A DNA stretch of 64,000 nt, from assembly GCA_973895155.1 (NCBI GenBank), contig OZ316893.1, forward strand, positions 25,471,520-25,535,519. The letters run 5' to 3'. This DNA is from Marsupella aquatica. Its lineage: Eukaryota; Plantae; Marchantiophyta. The notes beneath the pieces were generated by a model that ran no database searches, was not told the origin of the DNA, and saw only the letters and a program-made list of their open reading frames with translations. This document shows, one piece after another, positions 12,111-25,219 of the stretch. Positions within the stretch are counted from its first letter, which is position 1. Every line of letters begins with the position of its first letter. The position numbers were made by a program, and so were the translations under genes.

Positions 12111-15100
12111 CAAAGGGCTATGGGAGTAGTTTTTGACTGGGATTCGATACATACTTTGGGAGCCAACTCGCATGTGGGTGCCCTACATTATCCAACTCTC
12201 AAACTACTTGCAAAATGTTTGGATAAAAGCAGACCTTGTTTTACAACAGGATTCACTCAAGTGCAATGTCTCTGCTTTTGTTTTATTTTCAATTCAACCT
12301 GGAAGGGCCCGAAAGTTTTGAGCTCTTGCCCTTGGAAGTCTAAATTACATGCTGTCAGGCTTGGCATAGGAGAGGGTTCTGCTAGGCATGTAAATCACGC
12401 TCTATCAAACACTGCCAGGAGTCAAGTTGAGGGCTGATTCTTTAGAACTACGTACATGCTTGTTGGACCTTACAGCCAACTTGCATGTAGCAGGCGCTAA
12501 GTTAACTACCTTCAGCAATCGCAAAATGATTGGCAAAAAGCAGATTGTGTTTGACAGCAATATCTGCTTCCTTGCTCTCACGCACCCATAGCAATACACC
12601 CTTAGGCCAGAAGGCACCTTGACTAAGGTGGTCGTAAGTGGTTGCTGGAAGCACAATCATCATGAGCTCCCTGTTGACCTAAACACAGTGCTATGTGTGG
12701 CATTGCCAACAAAGTTACCGGCCAAAAAGTCATATTTCCAACTAGGTATGGTTGGGGGCCAAAGTAGGGGACCAAAGCTGGTTTGAGGGTGACAAGTCCC
12801 CATAAACATATAATTATGAGGAGAATGTATGTTTTAACATCCTAACAAGCCATCAGCCACTATCAGTTGAGATCCGTCACTACTCTTGCCGAGCCAAGGG
12901 ACAGGGTTGAGGTCAAGGTCGGGGTCAAGGGGCAATGACATGTGACTGGTTTGCTTTTGTTTTATTGAGAAATTGGAGACCTCAAAAGTTTATGGCCTTT
13001 GTCGTTGGAAGTCCACAATTTGAGTCATCAGGCCTGGCAAGTGAGGGGGTTCAGGTGTCCATCTCTCGCCAACTTATAGCCCACTTGGATCAGGTTGAGG
13101 ACCAAAAAGTATAGGGCCGCTCACATATGAGTTGGCTCTTATTGGAAAACTTTAGATACCAAGGTGAATTTGCTGGATTACTTTATTTATGGAGGTAAAA
13201 TTGCCCAAGCTTGTTGTTTCTTTGTCGCTCTCGAATCTCCATCCAAAGTGTCTTCGCTTTCTCATATTTGATGGAAAAGAAAAAAGAGTTTGCGCCCTTG
13301 GTGATGCATGGTGGTGGCTGATGATCCCACTAGCATGAGCAACGTTGAGGTTGCTGCCCATGTGCCTGGACATCTACAGCCAAGGTTGCCTGGCTCAAGG
13401 AGGAGGCCTATTCCGTTTGCTACCTGAGTGAGACTTCCACCCTTTTGCTCTCGAGGTTTTTTGTGCTCTCCACCCTCACTTTGACCAGTTTCTTCGAGCT
13501 TGTGTGGTTTTTTGTAAAATGGAAGCCCTTTCCCCTTGTTCATTTCTCAAGGCCTTCTTTCAACAGAGGGTGTCGGTTCAGGCTCAAGCTTTCACCATTC
13601 TCGTCACCATTCTTTGTCAAGTCAAGGCCGTTGGTTTTATAGTCTCTAGATAGATTCCCCTCCATTACTCTCCTATGCGGTTTACTCCGGAGCTTTCCAG
13701 TTCTCTACTCACTAGGGTCTTAGATCTTAATTTGCTACTTTGTGTATGTTTTGTTGTTGTGGGGGTCCCGGGGTCCTCACTTCTTTTCTTCCGACCCACC
13801 ACGCGCGGATAAGTATAGGGTTTTTTTATTGGATTTAGTGAAATAGTTTTAAATTTTTGTTGAAGAACATTAGGGTAATCCAATTTTGAGAATTATAAGA
13901 ATCATAGGGTTTTTTAAAATCAAATATGAGAATATTCTTGGAATATTCCATTGATTTAGGGTAAATTTTTTTAAAAACTTTTATTGACTTAACTTTTAGG
14001 GTGTTTATTTCCCCAAAACTTCATGCGTGATATGGGACATTCCTTGGATTGAAGCCCCGGAGGTGAGGGTCTCATTGGTTTTTTGGGTCTCCCTGGCCAT
14101 CTCATGGTCTTTCCCTTTTCCCTCACTTTATTGTGTTTTACTAGCCCGACTACCTATTATTTGAACATGAATAGAGGACAGTAATAAGGAGAGGACAATG
14201 AAAGTGTCAACAAAATATATTTACTATTCCCATTCTTTCAAGGTTAAGGAAATGATAAATAAACCATCATGCCTTTGGCCCCATCATTTTAACAATCATC
14301 ATACATAACATAACATACTACGTTCTATGCACATATATTATAGTGGGACACTAGAGTCAAGGTCTAGAGGCTTCACTCTAGAAGCCTAGACCTCAACTCT
14401 AGCTTCCCTTTGCGCTTTACATATAAGAGGCCCAACAAATTAAGGAGTATCTCACAAAAACAATAGAAACAAAGAAGCAAGTGAAAGGAAAGACCCCAAG
14501 AAGACCAAAGAGGCCCAACAAATCAAGGAGTTTATCACACAAAAACAATAGAAACTAAGAAGCAAGGAAAAGGAAAGACCCCAAGAAGACCAATTAGTTC
14601 GTGGACCCTTGGCTAATAAAATCAGGGGAAGAGTGGATCTGAGCCGTCTCCATTTCTTATCTCCGGAAATCTCGTCCGTCCATCATAATGGCCAATCTAT
14701 GGCTCAAAAGAAAGATCTCAAATAGATCTATGGATGGGTTCTGTCCGTTTTGCAAATGGGTTAATATTTTTCAAATGAAAAATTAAACAAATCCAAGCCT
14801 TTCTAGCCGTCGATTTTGTTGATTTTATGATCTTTGCCGTCCATTTTGTAATGCCTCTAGAAATCTTATTCATCCATGTTAGAAGGCGATCTAGGGTGCA
14901 AAAGAAAGATCTCAATGAGATCTACGACTGGGTATTTTTTGTTTTGAGAATGAGTAAATAATTTTGAGTATAAAATTCGATGAACTTTCAAGATTCCAGC
15001 CATTCCTCCTCCCTGATCCTGGGTTTCTATGTGCTCTTCCCGGCATTAATGGCCGTACAATATGAGAGGTCCTTACATACCGGGAGTTGCGGTTTAACAA

Positions 15101-15483
15101 GGAAGTTATCAAGTTAGTTATTAGTCATTATTTATTATATGAATTTAAGTTTTAAAATTGGAAATGTAACTAAAATAGTTACATAGTGACAGTTTTAACC
15201 ATTTTGCTCTTTGCATTTCCAATGTTTTTACTTTTCTTTTTACGGCACGGCGTCCCAAAATTTACACTCAAATTGACACAAACACGAATGAAAACTATAA
15301 GTTTAATTCACAAAACCGACGAGTCTTGTTTGTTGTGGTTGTTGTTGACGTGGCACACTGTGATGCCAGGAATTTTGGAAGGGACCTCTAGTGGGGTCCG
15401 TAAAGAGGCACAGCAAATAATCAAAGGAGTAACCCACAAAAAGAATACAAACTGAGAAGCAAATAACAAACTAAGGGGGCCCA

Positions 15484-16412
15484 TAACCAAAGGGGGTTTG
15501 GTCACTTAGGCGTGGAAAAGGACAGAAGAATGAAGGAAACACAAATAATCTCTTTCCTCTATAAGCCATCATGATAAACCCTGAAAACAAATACTGTATA
15601 CAAATACATTAGATTTTGTTTTGGTCTCTTTAGAACAAGGGAAATTGTATTGCAGTCCAGTATTTTAGTCCAATATTGCAGTCCGTATGCATTTTTGACA
15701 AAAATATCTTGGGGCCTTTTGTTGGGCCCTGATCACATAGCTGACCAGGCCAGTGACCAAAGGGGGTTTGGTCACATTAGGCTGAACTTAAAAGAGCAAG
15801 TATTAAATAAATTTAGCTTAAGATAAACAAAGTGAATAAGAAAGAAACACAAAATTATTTTTTAAATGTTCCCCTCATCTCTTTCCTCTGCCATCATGAT
15901 CTGGAATGAAAACAAATATTGTATACAATACATTGGATTTTGATTTGTCTCTTTAGAACAAGGGAAATTGTATAAATCCAATATTGCAGTCCATGTATTG
16001 TAGTCTATATATATTGCAAAAACAAGTATCTTGGGGGACTTTTGTGGTCCCCCATCACATAGCTGACCAGGCCACTGACCAAAGTGGGTTTGGTCACATT
16101 AGTCTGAACAATAAAGAGCAAGTATTAAATATACTTAGCTTAAGATAAACAAAGTGAAAAAGAATGAAGTAAACACAGAAGAAAAATCATTAAATGTTCT
16201 CCTCATCTCTTTCCTCTGCCTAAGTGAGCCATCATGATTTGCCTAAAAACAAATACAATCTACATCATACAATACATTGTATTTTGTTTTTATCTCTCTA
16301 GAACAATGGAAACTGTATAGAAGTCCAATATTGCAATCCAGTATTGCAGTAGGTATGTATTTTTGACAAAAGTATCTTGGGAGCATTTTTTGGGCCCCCA
16401 TCACATATCTGA
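15484..16412. repeat. Three-copy tandem array, ~270-330 bp unit, each unit starting with a palindrome
   Basis: accaaag(g/t)gg(g)tttggtcac at ~15486, ~15756, ~16078, each followed by tctttcctct...ccatcatgat...tagaacaa...tatcttggg...atcacata. Confidence 0.85.
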
Positions 16413-16417
16413 AAGTG

Positions 16418-16815
16418 AAGGTAGTCAGGGTGGTATTTTGCTTTTTGGGGCTTTAGGTTACTGCCACGTTAGCACTTTGACTTTGATTATATCTCATTAA
16501 AAATAACAGTATATTTATATGGCTTGTGATCTGACTGTTTTTTGTCCTGAGGTAGATGCTTATGGGGAGTGTTTGGGACAGCAATTGCAAATTCAAAATC
16601 CAGGTAAACTGAGTCTTGTAATAAAAAATGAAAATATTCAAAGAACTTTGATATGTCAGTGTTTCCTACCTTAACGAACAGGTAAAGACCGGGGCTAATT
16701 CTTTAATGGGATAAACAGTCTCCCATATACAAGGTCTCCCCGCATACACGAGTTTATCATTTACATGGTCGACTTTATATTCCATTAAGGGATAGCCCTG
16801 GTCCTTAACTATGTA
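16418..16815 (-). mobile_element. ~400-bp non-autonomous element, copy 1 (reverse complement of 34453-34851)
   Basis: Aligns by eye over its length to the reverse complement of 34453-34851, e.g. aattcaaaatccaggtaaactgagtcttgtaataaaaaatgaaaata. Confidence 0.85.
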
Positions 16816-16974
16816 GTTCAACTAAACATAGTTCAGCCAAACATAATTGAACCAAAAAAGTCAAAAAGGCTACTGGGCGGTATATATTGAAAGAGTACGT
16901 TGGGTGAGCGTGTTTGCCCAGAATATTCCGTGAGTGCCGATTGTCCGATTGTCCCAACCTGGCTCCCACCCACA

Positions 16975-17096
16975 CTCTGCATCGATCGAATCAGCTCGTA
17001 GATCTACAGTAGGTGCCACACTGTACCCAATTCACGTTCTGCATCGATTGCATGAGCTCGTAGATCTACAGTAGGCGCCACTGTACCCAATTCACG
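16975..17096 (+). repeat. ~60-bp tandem duplication in the presumed promoter region
   Basis: tctgcatcgat...agctcgtagatctacagtagg(t/c)gcca..ctgtacccaattcacg twice. Confidence 0.85.
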
Positions 17097-18327
17097 GGAG
17101 CGCGTTCGATGCGTCTACCGACCGAGCTTTGGCTGTCAGTCGAAAGTAATCGCATTGCCGTGGCTTTGAGGAATCTCTCATGAAGCTTCTCCATTGACGA
17201 CATTTTTGCATTGCCTTCTCATTTACTCTCCTCTGGTCGGTCACTCGGTTTCATTTCACTGTTCTGTTCTGTTCTGTTCTGTCTTTGATCGATCATATGA
17301 AGCTTTTCCGTGATCGGTGACATTCTCTCTCTCCTGGGCTTTGGTCTCCTCCTCCTCTGGAACAAGTTATAAAGCTTCCTCTCTTCCAGGAGCACTATTC
17401 GGGATCCGACGCAAATCTCTTCCAGGACCACTCTTCGGGATCCGACGCACACCTACTTTTCGTGCATGTTAGAGAGGCTGTCGCCCGCGAGCTGACGGTA
17501 GAGCAGAGCAGTCAGCAATTTTATCATTCACCGATCGCATCATTCCATCATTCCAGCAGGTACGGGGTTCAGTCGAGACCAAAAGATATGTGATGTTGTG
17601 TGAAATGGTGATGGATTCCGTTGTACTAGTGCATGGAGCCAGCTGGAATTGATTGATTGTGAATAACCATATCCGGTTCTCTGGAAAACCTGTCCTACGT
17701 GACTGTATTCCTTCTGCGCTTTTCGTTGTTATGGCGTCGTCGCTCTTTAACAGTGCGTGTTGTCTCGGTGCATATGAATAATCTCTGCATTCGCCTTGTG
17801 AAGCATATGACTGTATGACTGTATGTAAGTGAATGCAATGTCTTTTTTATCTCGTTCTGTGGTGTACAATGCTCTGCTGTGCCGCTCTGTGGTGCCTTGG
17901 CGTTGGCACTTGTCTCTTCAAACCTGACGTTATCACTGTTCGTTGTCTCCCTCTCGTTTTGCATGCTATAGATCCCATAGGTCGATGACGTTTCTTTGTC
18001 TCAGCCCTGAACCGGATTGAGATGTCTCATCGAGTCTGGAAATGAGCTAGTGGGCTCTCTCGCATTGTACCGCGGACTGATCAAAGGCACTTTTGTACTG
18101 TGATGCATTGTAGCAGAGAAACGCTGTGGTGTCGTTTAGGGCAGTGAACACGGAGGCCGAGCTACTTTTCTGTTATCCACCATCTTCGCTATGCCGCGCG
18201 GGTTTACAGATCACTGAGAAGATCATTGTAGGAATAGGAGAGAAGGATCGGACGACAGTAGCGCGGCCGCATATTAGCGGCGCACTTAGCCGTAGCCGGA
18301 GGCGGCAGAAGCAGCTGGTTTCGTCCG

Positions 18328-18546
18328 ATGGTCGCACTTCCGTCTGTATTTTTTTTGTTCCTGTCCATCACAATTGTGTACCTGGGTTGCGAAATACTAG
18401 TGTGGCTTCGGGAACGGTTCTGGTCGGGCAAAGGTGGTGATACCTCATTCAAAGAGGAGTCGCTGGAGCTCGTGGGCGTCCCTGAGTCTCCGATGGAGTC
18501 CGACCTTGAAGCCCAGATTCCCCCGCATCCATCCAACTCCTCTTGA
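18328..18546 (+). CDS. Putative 72-aa single-pass membrane microprotein or upstream ORF
   Basis: ATG in ccgATGG context; hydrophobic LPSVFFLFLSITIVYLGCEILVWL, then RER, then an acidic tail containing DLEAQ. Confidence 0.45.
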   Translation: MVALPSVFFLFLSITIVYLGCEILVWLRERFWSGKGGDTSFKEESLELVGVPESPMESDLEAQIPPHPSNSS

Positions 18547-18644
18547 TTCAATGGCTTTGACGATTACACCTTGTAATCGTGGTGGGAATTGGAATCCGAT
18601 CGCAAATCGTTGAACGGAGAATATTTGGGGGTTGTAAGTTTGAT

Positions 18645-21078
18645 ATGGCAGCTATGTGCAGCTCTCAGGTGCTTCTCACGGCAGTCGGATGTCTCGCCCT
18701 ACCCAAGGGCAGTTTGTCTATTCCCTGTACTGTGGGGTTCTGTCGGACTTCAGAGTCTTTATTGTCTGTTAAGCAATTGGGCACCAGTTCTCGTCGTGCG
18801 CCTGGAATCCGGCAGAGAACGACGATTTATGCCGACATCAGGGCTTCAGCGTCGTCCTCCTCGTCCTCAGGTACTATGGCAATGTAGGGCCTTTGTCGTG
18901 AAGGGTAGACGAGAATTCAACCAATTCTATTACAGCGATCCTGACGCACTCGGGAATTTCTGAGCGAATTTAATCTTCTCAACTTTCCTCGTCACATTGT
19001 CCACAATGTTACGAGTAGAGCCCCGAAAAAAAGTTAGAGCGAAATACTAAAACAGCGTCTCCCGTGACAGGCCTAGCTGCGACGGAAAACACGTTGAGCA
19101 AGCTGGAGGGGATCAAATTATACGATCCGAGTGGTGCAAGCGTTTCTCTGCTTGGTCTTTGGGAGAATCGACCAGCTGTGATTGCCTTCGCTCGACATTT
19201 TGGGTATGTATAGTTAGGCCTGCGTCATATGTGAATTGGATGTGTGTATCTAAGATTTGAAGGCTTGGAGGCTTGCAAAACGTCTGCAGCAAGTTTATGA
19301 CTTGCTCTAGTTTACAGAGCTGGGCGTACCGACCATTTAACAACATCCAGTGTTTAACTTTTTGGATAACTCTCTCAAATCCTTTTGCTTCTTGGAATGT
19401 AAAGAAGTAAATGTGCACTTGGAATGTAGTCCCCTCAAGTATTTTTTGGTACTGCAGGTGCATTCTTTGCAGGAAGAGAGCCGAATTACTTCAATCTCGG
19501 AAGGTTTTTAGTCATGTTATTCTATTCACTCTGGGTCCAATGTGAAGTCATGTCCTTCGCTCTTGCTTCTTTTTTTTCCTCCCTTTGGTAGTCGGTGCGT
19601 TTAATTAACACGAAAGACATGCTCACCTTCCAGGCGGAGATGGATACGGCTGGGGTCGCTCTGGTGTTAATTGCACCTGGGAGTCCTGAGCAGGTATGAT
19701 GACAGAGTACGGTCAGGTGAAGAGCTAGTTTTATCGACTTGTTTAACTGACATATGGGTCGACAGCTTGATAATCTATTTATGCGTTGTATTCTTGGATC
19801 TATTCTCGTCAACTGTGGTATTCACTGTGGCTGTTTTGTATACCAGGCAAGACAATTTGTTGAGCAGACGAAATTTTCAGGAGGTTAGACATTTCCTTCA
19901 TCTTTAGTGAATGACCTTTTTGTAGGTTGCAGTTCTCGACTGCAGTTCTATGAAGTTTGTTCCTGCACTTTGAACTTAAGCCCTATTTTAAGCATGATAT
20001 GCAGCTAGTCTAATAGTTCCGACAGTGGATCTCTTCATAATGCCTGTCATGGAATGAGTCATCTGTATTGCCTGCCACTGTAACAGCACCAAAATGTTGG
20101 CCGCTAGTAGGTCTGAAGCCTGTCTTCTGACGGCTTAGCTTCCAAACCGTAATCGTAATTCTCTAACATAAGGTTTGGAATTCGCAGAGGTTTATGCAGA
20201 CCCAGATCGTGCCTCCTATAACGCGTTGGAGTTTGTAAATGGTGTATCTTCGGTTTTGAATCCCAAGGTAAGCCTTTTTACCTCCTTCCCATTGTAGTTA
20301 CAGTAGGTTAGTTATTAAGTTAAGGTTTTAGAAATTGAGGTAGACAGACAGACGTAGGCAAAGACTTATTCTGTGACTGGTTCTTGTTTCATGTCATCCA
20401 CCTGTAGTCTGGATCTAAAATCCTCAAGGCCTTCAGTGAAGGCTATCGTCAAGATTGGGAGCTATCTTTCTATGAAGACACAGTGAAGCGAGGCGGCTGG
20501 TATGGTCTTACTTCGCAGGACTTGGTTTTATGGGACTGTTTTTGTCCCAAAAAGTAAACTTTGTTTTGGTGTAAGCGATAAGGTTTTTATGAATTCTCTC
20601 AAAATTGAATGTGATTTCCGCTGCTATTGATGGCGAGGCTCCTCTGAAACTTGCAGGCAGCAGGGTGGAATTCTTGTCGCTGGTCCAGGGGCCAACAGTA
20701 TGCGTTACCTGTTCAAGGTACGTTTTCCTAAATCTCATTTAGCTATTCTTTATGCTGCACAATGTGTAGCTTCCTCTGGGCGGAGTTACCATTAATTCCA
20801 TCAATCTTGCTGAATATATTCAGATTGCATGTTTATTCACCAGAAAAGTCTTACGAGTAGCTGGAAAATGATTGTGGCATTGGAAGTGCTCTCATGGTAT
20901 TTTCAGTAAGAGTACTACCCATGTCAATATGTGTTTGAGGCAAACTTGCTGTACTAGGCATGATGTCTTCGTCAGTTTTCAATACATGGTTTCTTTTTGG
21001 TGTGTTCTTCTTTAGGATGCAGAAGCTGGAGATGAGCCTGAGATGGAGGACGTGATGTCTGCGTGCTGCTCCGCCTAA
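18645..21078 (+). CDS. Chloroplast-targeted AhpC/TSA-2 (peroxiredoxin-like 2 / AAED1-like) thioredoxin-fold protein, about 9 exons
   Basis: Ser/Arg-rich transit-peptide-like exon 1, then LWENRPAVIAFARHFG|CILCRKRA (CxxC), ALVLIAPGSPEQ|ARQFVEQTKFSG|EVYADPDRASYNALEF, EGYRQDWELSF, GGW|QQGGILVAGPG, DAEAGDEPEMEDVMSACCSA*. Confidence 0.9.
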
Positions 21079-23957
21079 TCTACAATTTCCCACACCAAAC
21101 CTTTGTTTTGATAAGAGTTCAGTTTGGCTCTAGGCAGTCAGGTTGTCAAATTCCTCTGTACTGGTCAAGGAAACGACGGGACAGACCACGTGAGATTTCT
21201 GTTATGGGTCTGGAAGATAAAGCTGTCAAGAATTGTATAGTAATCATATTCATGCTGTCAACTATTAGTACCTAGACCACACTGAACTTCTCCGTGATCA
21301 ATGTGACTCAATGGTGAGAAGGAACTCGCTGCAATGCAAGCTCCTGTTCTTGTTATTTCAATCCGTTCCATCGTCTTACTCGTCAGTCCACAAAAGTGGG
21401 ACAACACCGGATTGGCAAATGTAATGAGGGTTACAATATGGTCGAGTTATTTAATCGTGCATTCACGATGAGAAATATAGAAAGCTTTCTCTCAAGGTCA
21501 AACATTCTACAATCTGATGATTTATTGCGGCCTTTACTGCTAGGTATACGAGATGCCATACGGAGCAATTTCACATCTCCATCGGTACATTGTTCAAATG
21601 CCATCACCACATTGAAGGAACGTTGTAATGTGAAGGGGCCTTGTTGACTTGAAATCTTAAATCACAGAAAATACAGAGCTGAGCTTTTGAAGGCAAGTCA
21701 CATTGCTAGAAACAGCGATCATCAGCTATTGCAAAATGCAACTGCAGGAAAGAGGAGCGTTTCCTCCCCAACGGTTTTTAATGTGCTTTGGAAGAAAACC
21801 ATAGCCAATCCTTAGCAAATGTCTTCACTTTGAGGAAGGATGAAGGTAGATTGGAAGCAGATCGGTTGAGTCAAGAGTGGTTTCACTTTCAAGGAAACCC
21901 CAAATCCATGGGTTCACTTTCAAGGAAACCCCCAAATCCATCGATTTACGACCCGAACTTCAGTGTGTATTGTGAGATTCTTGTTGTTGATCAAACTTGG
22001 GTATCATTCACCTACTTTTCTTGCTCTGAAGATTGTCTCCTATCCCATCTATTCAAACAATTGCAACGTTGTACCTAAGGAAAATCAACGGATGTGAGCA
22101 AACTACACTTATTCAACAATCACAACTCAAATGCAATTAAGAAGGATCATGAGTTAGGCAACTTCTTTCATTGAGTCTAACAATTACAACATGCACCTAA
22201 GGAGAATAACTGGATGTGAGTAAACTACATGAATTCAAACAAGAGCACCATGCAACTCATGAGATATTGGGAAACTAGTATGATGACCTCCAGGATGTTG
22301 CCAGGATTCATGCTACGTTACAACCCCAAGTAGATGGAGAGAGGCACACTATATATTTTACTAGACTAGCCAAAATAAGAAACCCAAGACCATTATTAAT
22401 GAACTTGGTTGTTCTCATTGTCCTGCCCTGCTCGTCACCTCCTGCCCTCAAAGATTTCAGAAGTGAGCTGCAATATTGCAAACCACAGAGGCATATAATG
22501 ACATGTTTTGAAAATTGAAATATTAGTTATACTAAGCAGTAGAGTGAGTAAAGAGCAGGACTCATGTGAATAACATTGGAAGGTACTCATGCCATATGAC
22601 GCACACTTAAAGCATAGTGTGAGCATTTAGTTTTATATTTGAGCTGTAGATTTTTAGAGATAATATTTGTTCTGGTAGCTGGTTGAGAGTTTAAGGTAAT
22701 GGTTTTTGTAATCCATTAAATACCCTGAAAATTGTGTTTGCAATTCTCTTATTTGCAATATATATTGGAGTTACCAAAGAGCTTGGACAGTCATTAGATT
22801 GATTGACACTCTAACATCATAGGCATCATAAAATGGACCAGATCAAATAACAAGCCAAAATCTAAACTAAGCGCAATAATTCACAGTTATTTGAGTTAAC
22901 TAAAACATTTTCGGGAATGATTTACTATGCACATTTCCGTGAATGTATCACACATGTAGGCCCATAATTCTCCCATACAAAATGTACTCTACTGTATATA
23001 AAAAGGGGGGAGGGGAGGTTAAAACATTCCTTAAATTTAGCTAATTTTGCCTGATTTTGGCTTGAGAGCAATGGCAGTAGGGTTTAAATGGGGGTGGAAA
23101 TTAGAGACAGAAACTTTGGTTTAAACGAGGCTCCCCCTAGCTTTGAGGCTGGTTGCACCCCCTCATTCTCTGGTAGTTTCCCTCCTTCCTTCTCCTCACC
23201 CCCTAAAAAAGAAAAAGAAAAAAAAACTATGGTTAAAACATTCCTTAAATGTAGCTAATTTAGCTTAATATTGGGTTGACAGCAATTGTGGTAGAGTTTA
23301 TCATTTAGTAGAGCTGAAGGTTTTTGGCAGTCCGCATTATCAACGTGCCTTCCTTTGATTGATGTGAAGCAGCGTATTTTTTAAGGTTTTTTGTTTTAGC
23401 CAGTGTGGCCAATGTCACCCTTTCTAAGGGAGGAGATGCTAGGAATATTCTTTATCTCATTTTCCTGGATTATTTTCTAACCATCAGATTGCCCAAGAGT
23501 TACGGAAGTATCTCATTTTCCTGGATTATTTCTTGACCACGAGAAATCCCTAGATTTATAGAAGACTGTTAGATTCTGGCAATACGGGTACATGATTTGG
23601 TGGGAAAGTGGAAAATGACGCACATAGAATCGAACAAGTTTTTGCCAAAAGTGGTGAACACTTGTTGGGGAGGTGGACTCTTACCATAAAAGAGCCAACT
23701 GAAGCCTACTCTTAAGGGCCTAGGTCTAGAGTGAAGACTCTAGACCCTAACTCTCAATCCAGACAAAACTGATAATGAGATTCAACAAAATCAAAATTCT
23801 AAAACTGAGGATGGACAAAAGTGACATTGACTCTAAATAAAAATAAAACTGAAATGAGGATGGACAAAAAAGCAAGGATGGGGCAAAGACTAACCAAAAT
23901 AGTATATAAAATGTTATTGTGCAATATTCTGCTTCATATCTTTAAAAAAACAGGTCA

Positions 23958-24725
23958 TGGGGCTAGTTTGGCTAAAATTCGCACCTGAGAAATACGCTGA
24001 TGTGAAGCTCAATGGCTAGTTTCACTAAAACTTGCACCTAAAACATACACTGATGTGAAACTCAATGGCTAGTTTGGCTAAAATCTGCACCTAAAAATGC
24101 ACTGATGTCAAGCTCAGTGGCTAATTTGGCTAAAACTTGCACCCAATAAAATACACTGATGTGAAGCTCAATGGCTAGTTTAGCTAAAATCTGCACCTAG
24201 AGAATGCACTGATGTCAAGCTCAGTGGCTAGTTTGGCTAAAATTTGCACCTAAAAAATACACTGATGTGAAGCTCAATGGCTAGTTTGGCTAAAATTCAC
24301 ACCTAAAAAATAAGCTAATATGAAGCTCAATGGCTATTTTGGCTAAAACGTGCACCTAAGAAATACACTGATGTGAAGCTCAATGGCTAGGCTAAAATTC
24401 ACACCTAAAAAATAAGCTGATATGAAGCTCCATGGCTAGTTTTGCTAAAATTTGCACCTAAAAAATACACTCATGTGAAGCATAATGGCTAGTGTGAAGC
24501 GCAATGGCTACTGTAGTTTGGCTAAAATTCGCACCTAAAAAATAAGCTGACCTGAAGCTCAATGGCTGCAGCAGTTGCCTAAAACTCGCACCTAAAAAAT
24601 AAATTGATGTGAAGCTCAATGGCTAGTTTGGCTAAAATTCGCACCCAAAAAATAAGCTGACCTGAAGCTCAATGGCTAGTTTGGCTAAAATTCGCACCTT
24701 AAAAATATGCTGAATTGTGAAGCTC
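23958..24725. repeat. Minisatellite of ~52-54 bp units, about 14-15 copies
   Basis: Consensus atggctagtttggctaaaatt(c/t)gcacctaaaaaata(c/a)(a/g)ctgatgtgaagctca repeated head-to-tail. Confidence 0.95.
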
Positions 24726-24967
24726 AAATGCAGAGCTCCCGGTTCTCTCCCACGTACATTAAAGCTGCGCGCCAGGAGCGGAATGTGGATTCGCAAAGGA
24801 CTGTAGCATCACCTGTACAGTCAACAGAATGGTGGAATGAGGCAATGAGCAATGCCGGCTTGGCGAATAAATGATTGATTGATCGAGCTATGAATGCCCG
24901 TTCCCCGCCGCCTTTGTCCTGATAGGCGTCTAGGACGATCCGTCTCTCTGATTCGTTTCGATCTTTC

Positions 24968-25215
24968 CTCGAGACGTCTATTGCTTCGCCTTTCAGAGTC
25001 TTGGGATTTTGCCGGAGCTCTGAATTCTGCTCTCCCCTTTTGGCAGAGTGAGAGGAAATTGCTTCTTCTTTCACTGGGGAAGAGAAGAGAGAGTGAGTCT
25101 TTCAATCTTGCTCGAGACGTCTATTGCTTCGCCTTTCAGTTCCTTGGGATTTTGCCGGAGCTCTGAATTCTGCTCTCCCTTTTGGCAGAGTGAGAGGAAA
25201 TTCTTTGTTACACTG

Positions 25216-25217
<2 letters not shown>
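24968..25217 (+). repeat. ~143-bp tandem duplication in the PARP1 promoter / 5' leader
   Basis: ctcgagacgtctattgcttcgcctttcag...ggagctctgaattctgctctcccc...ggcagagtgagaggaaatt...cactggg twice. Confidence 0.9.

Positions 25218-25219
<2 letters not shown>

Noticed and set aside
23958-24725. CRISPR-like periodic array
   Set aside because: The whole unit repeats with no unique spacers, there are no cas genes, and the context is eukaryotic; it is a minisatellite
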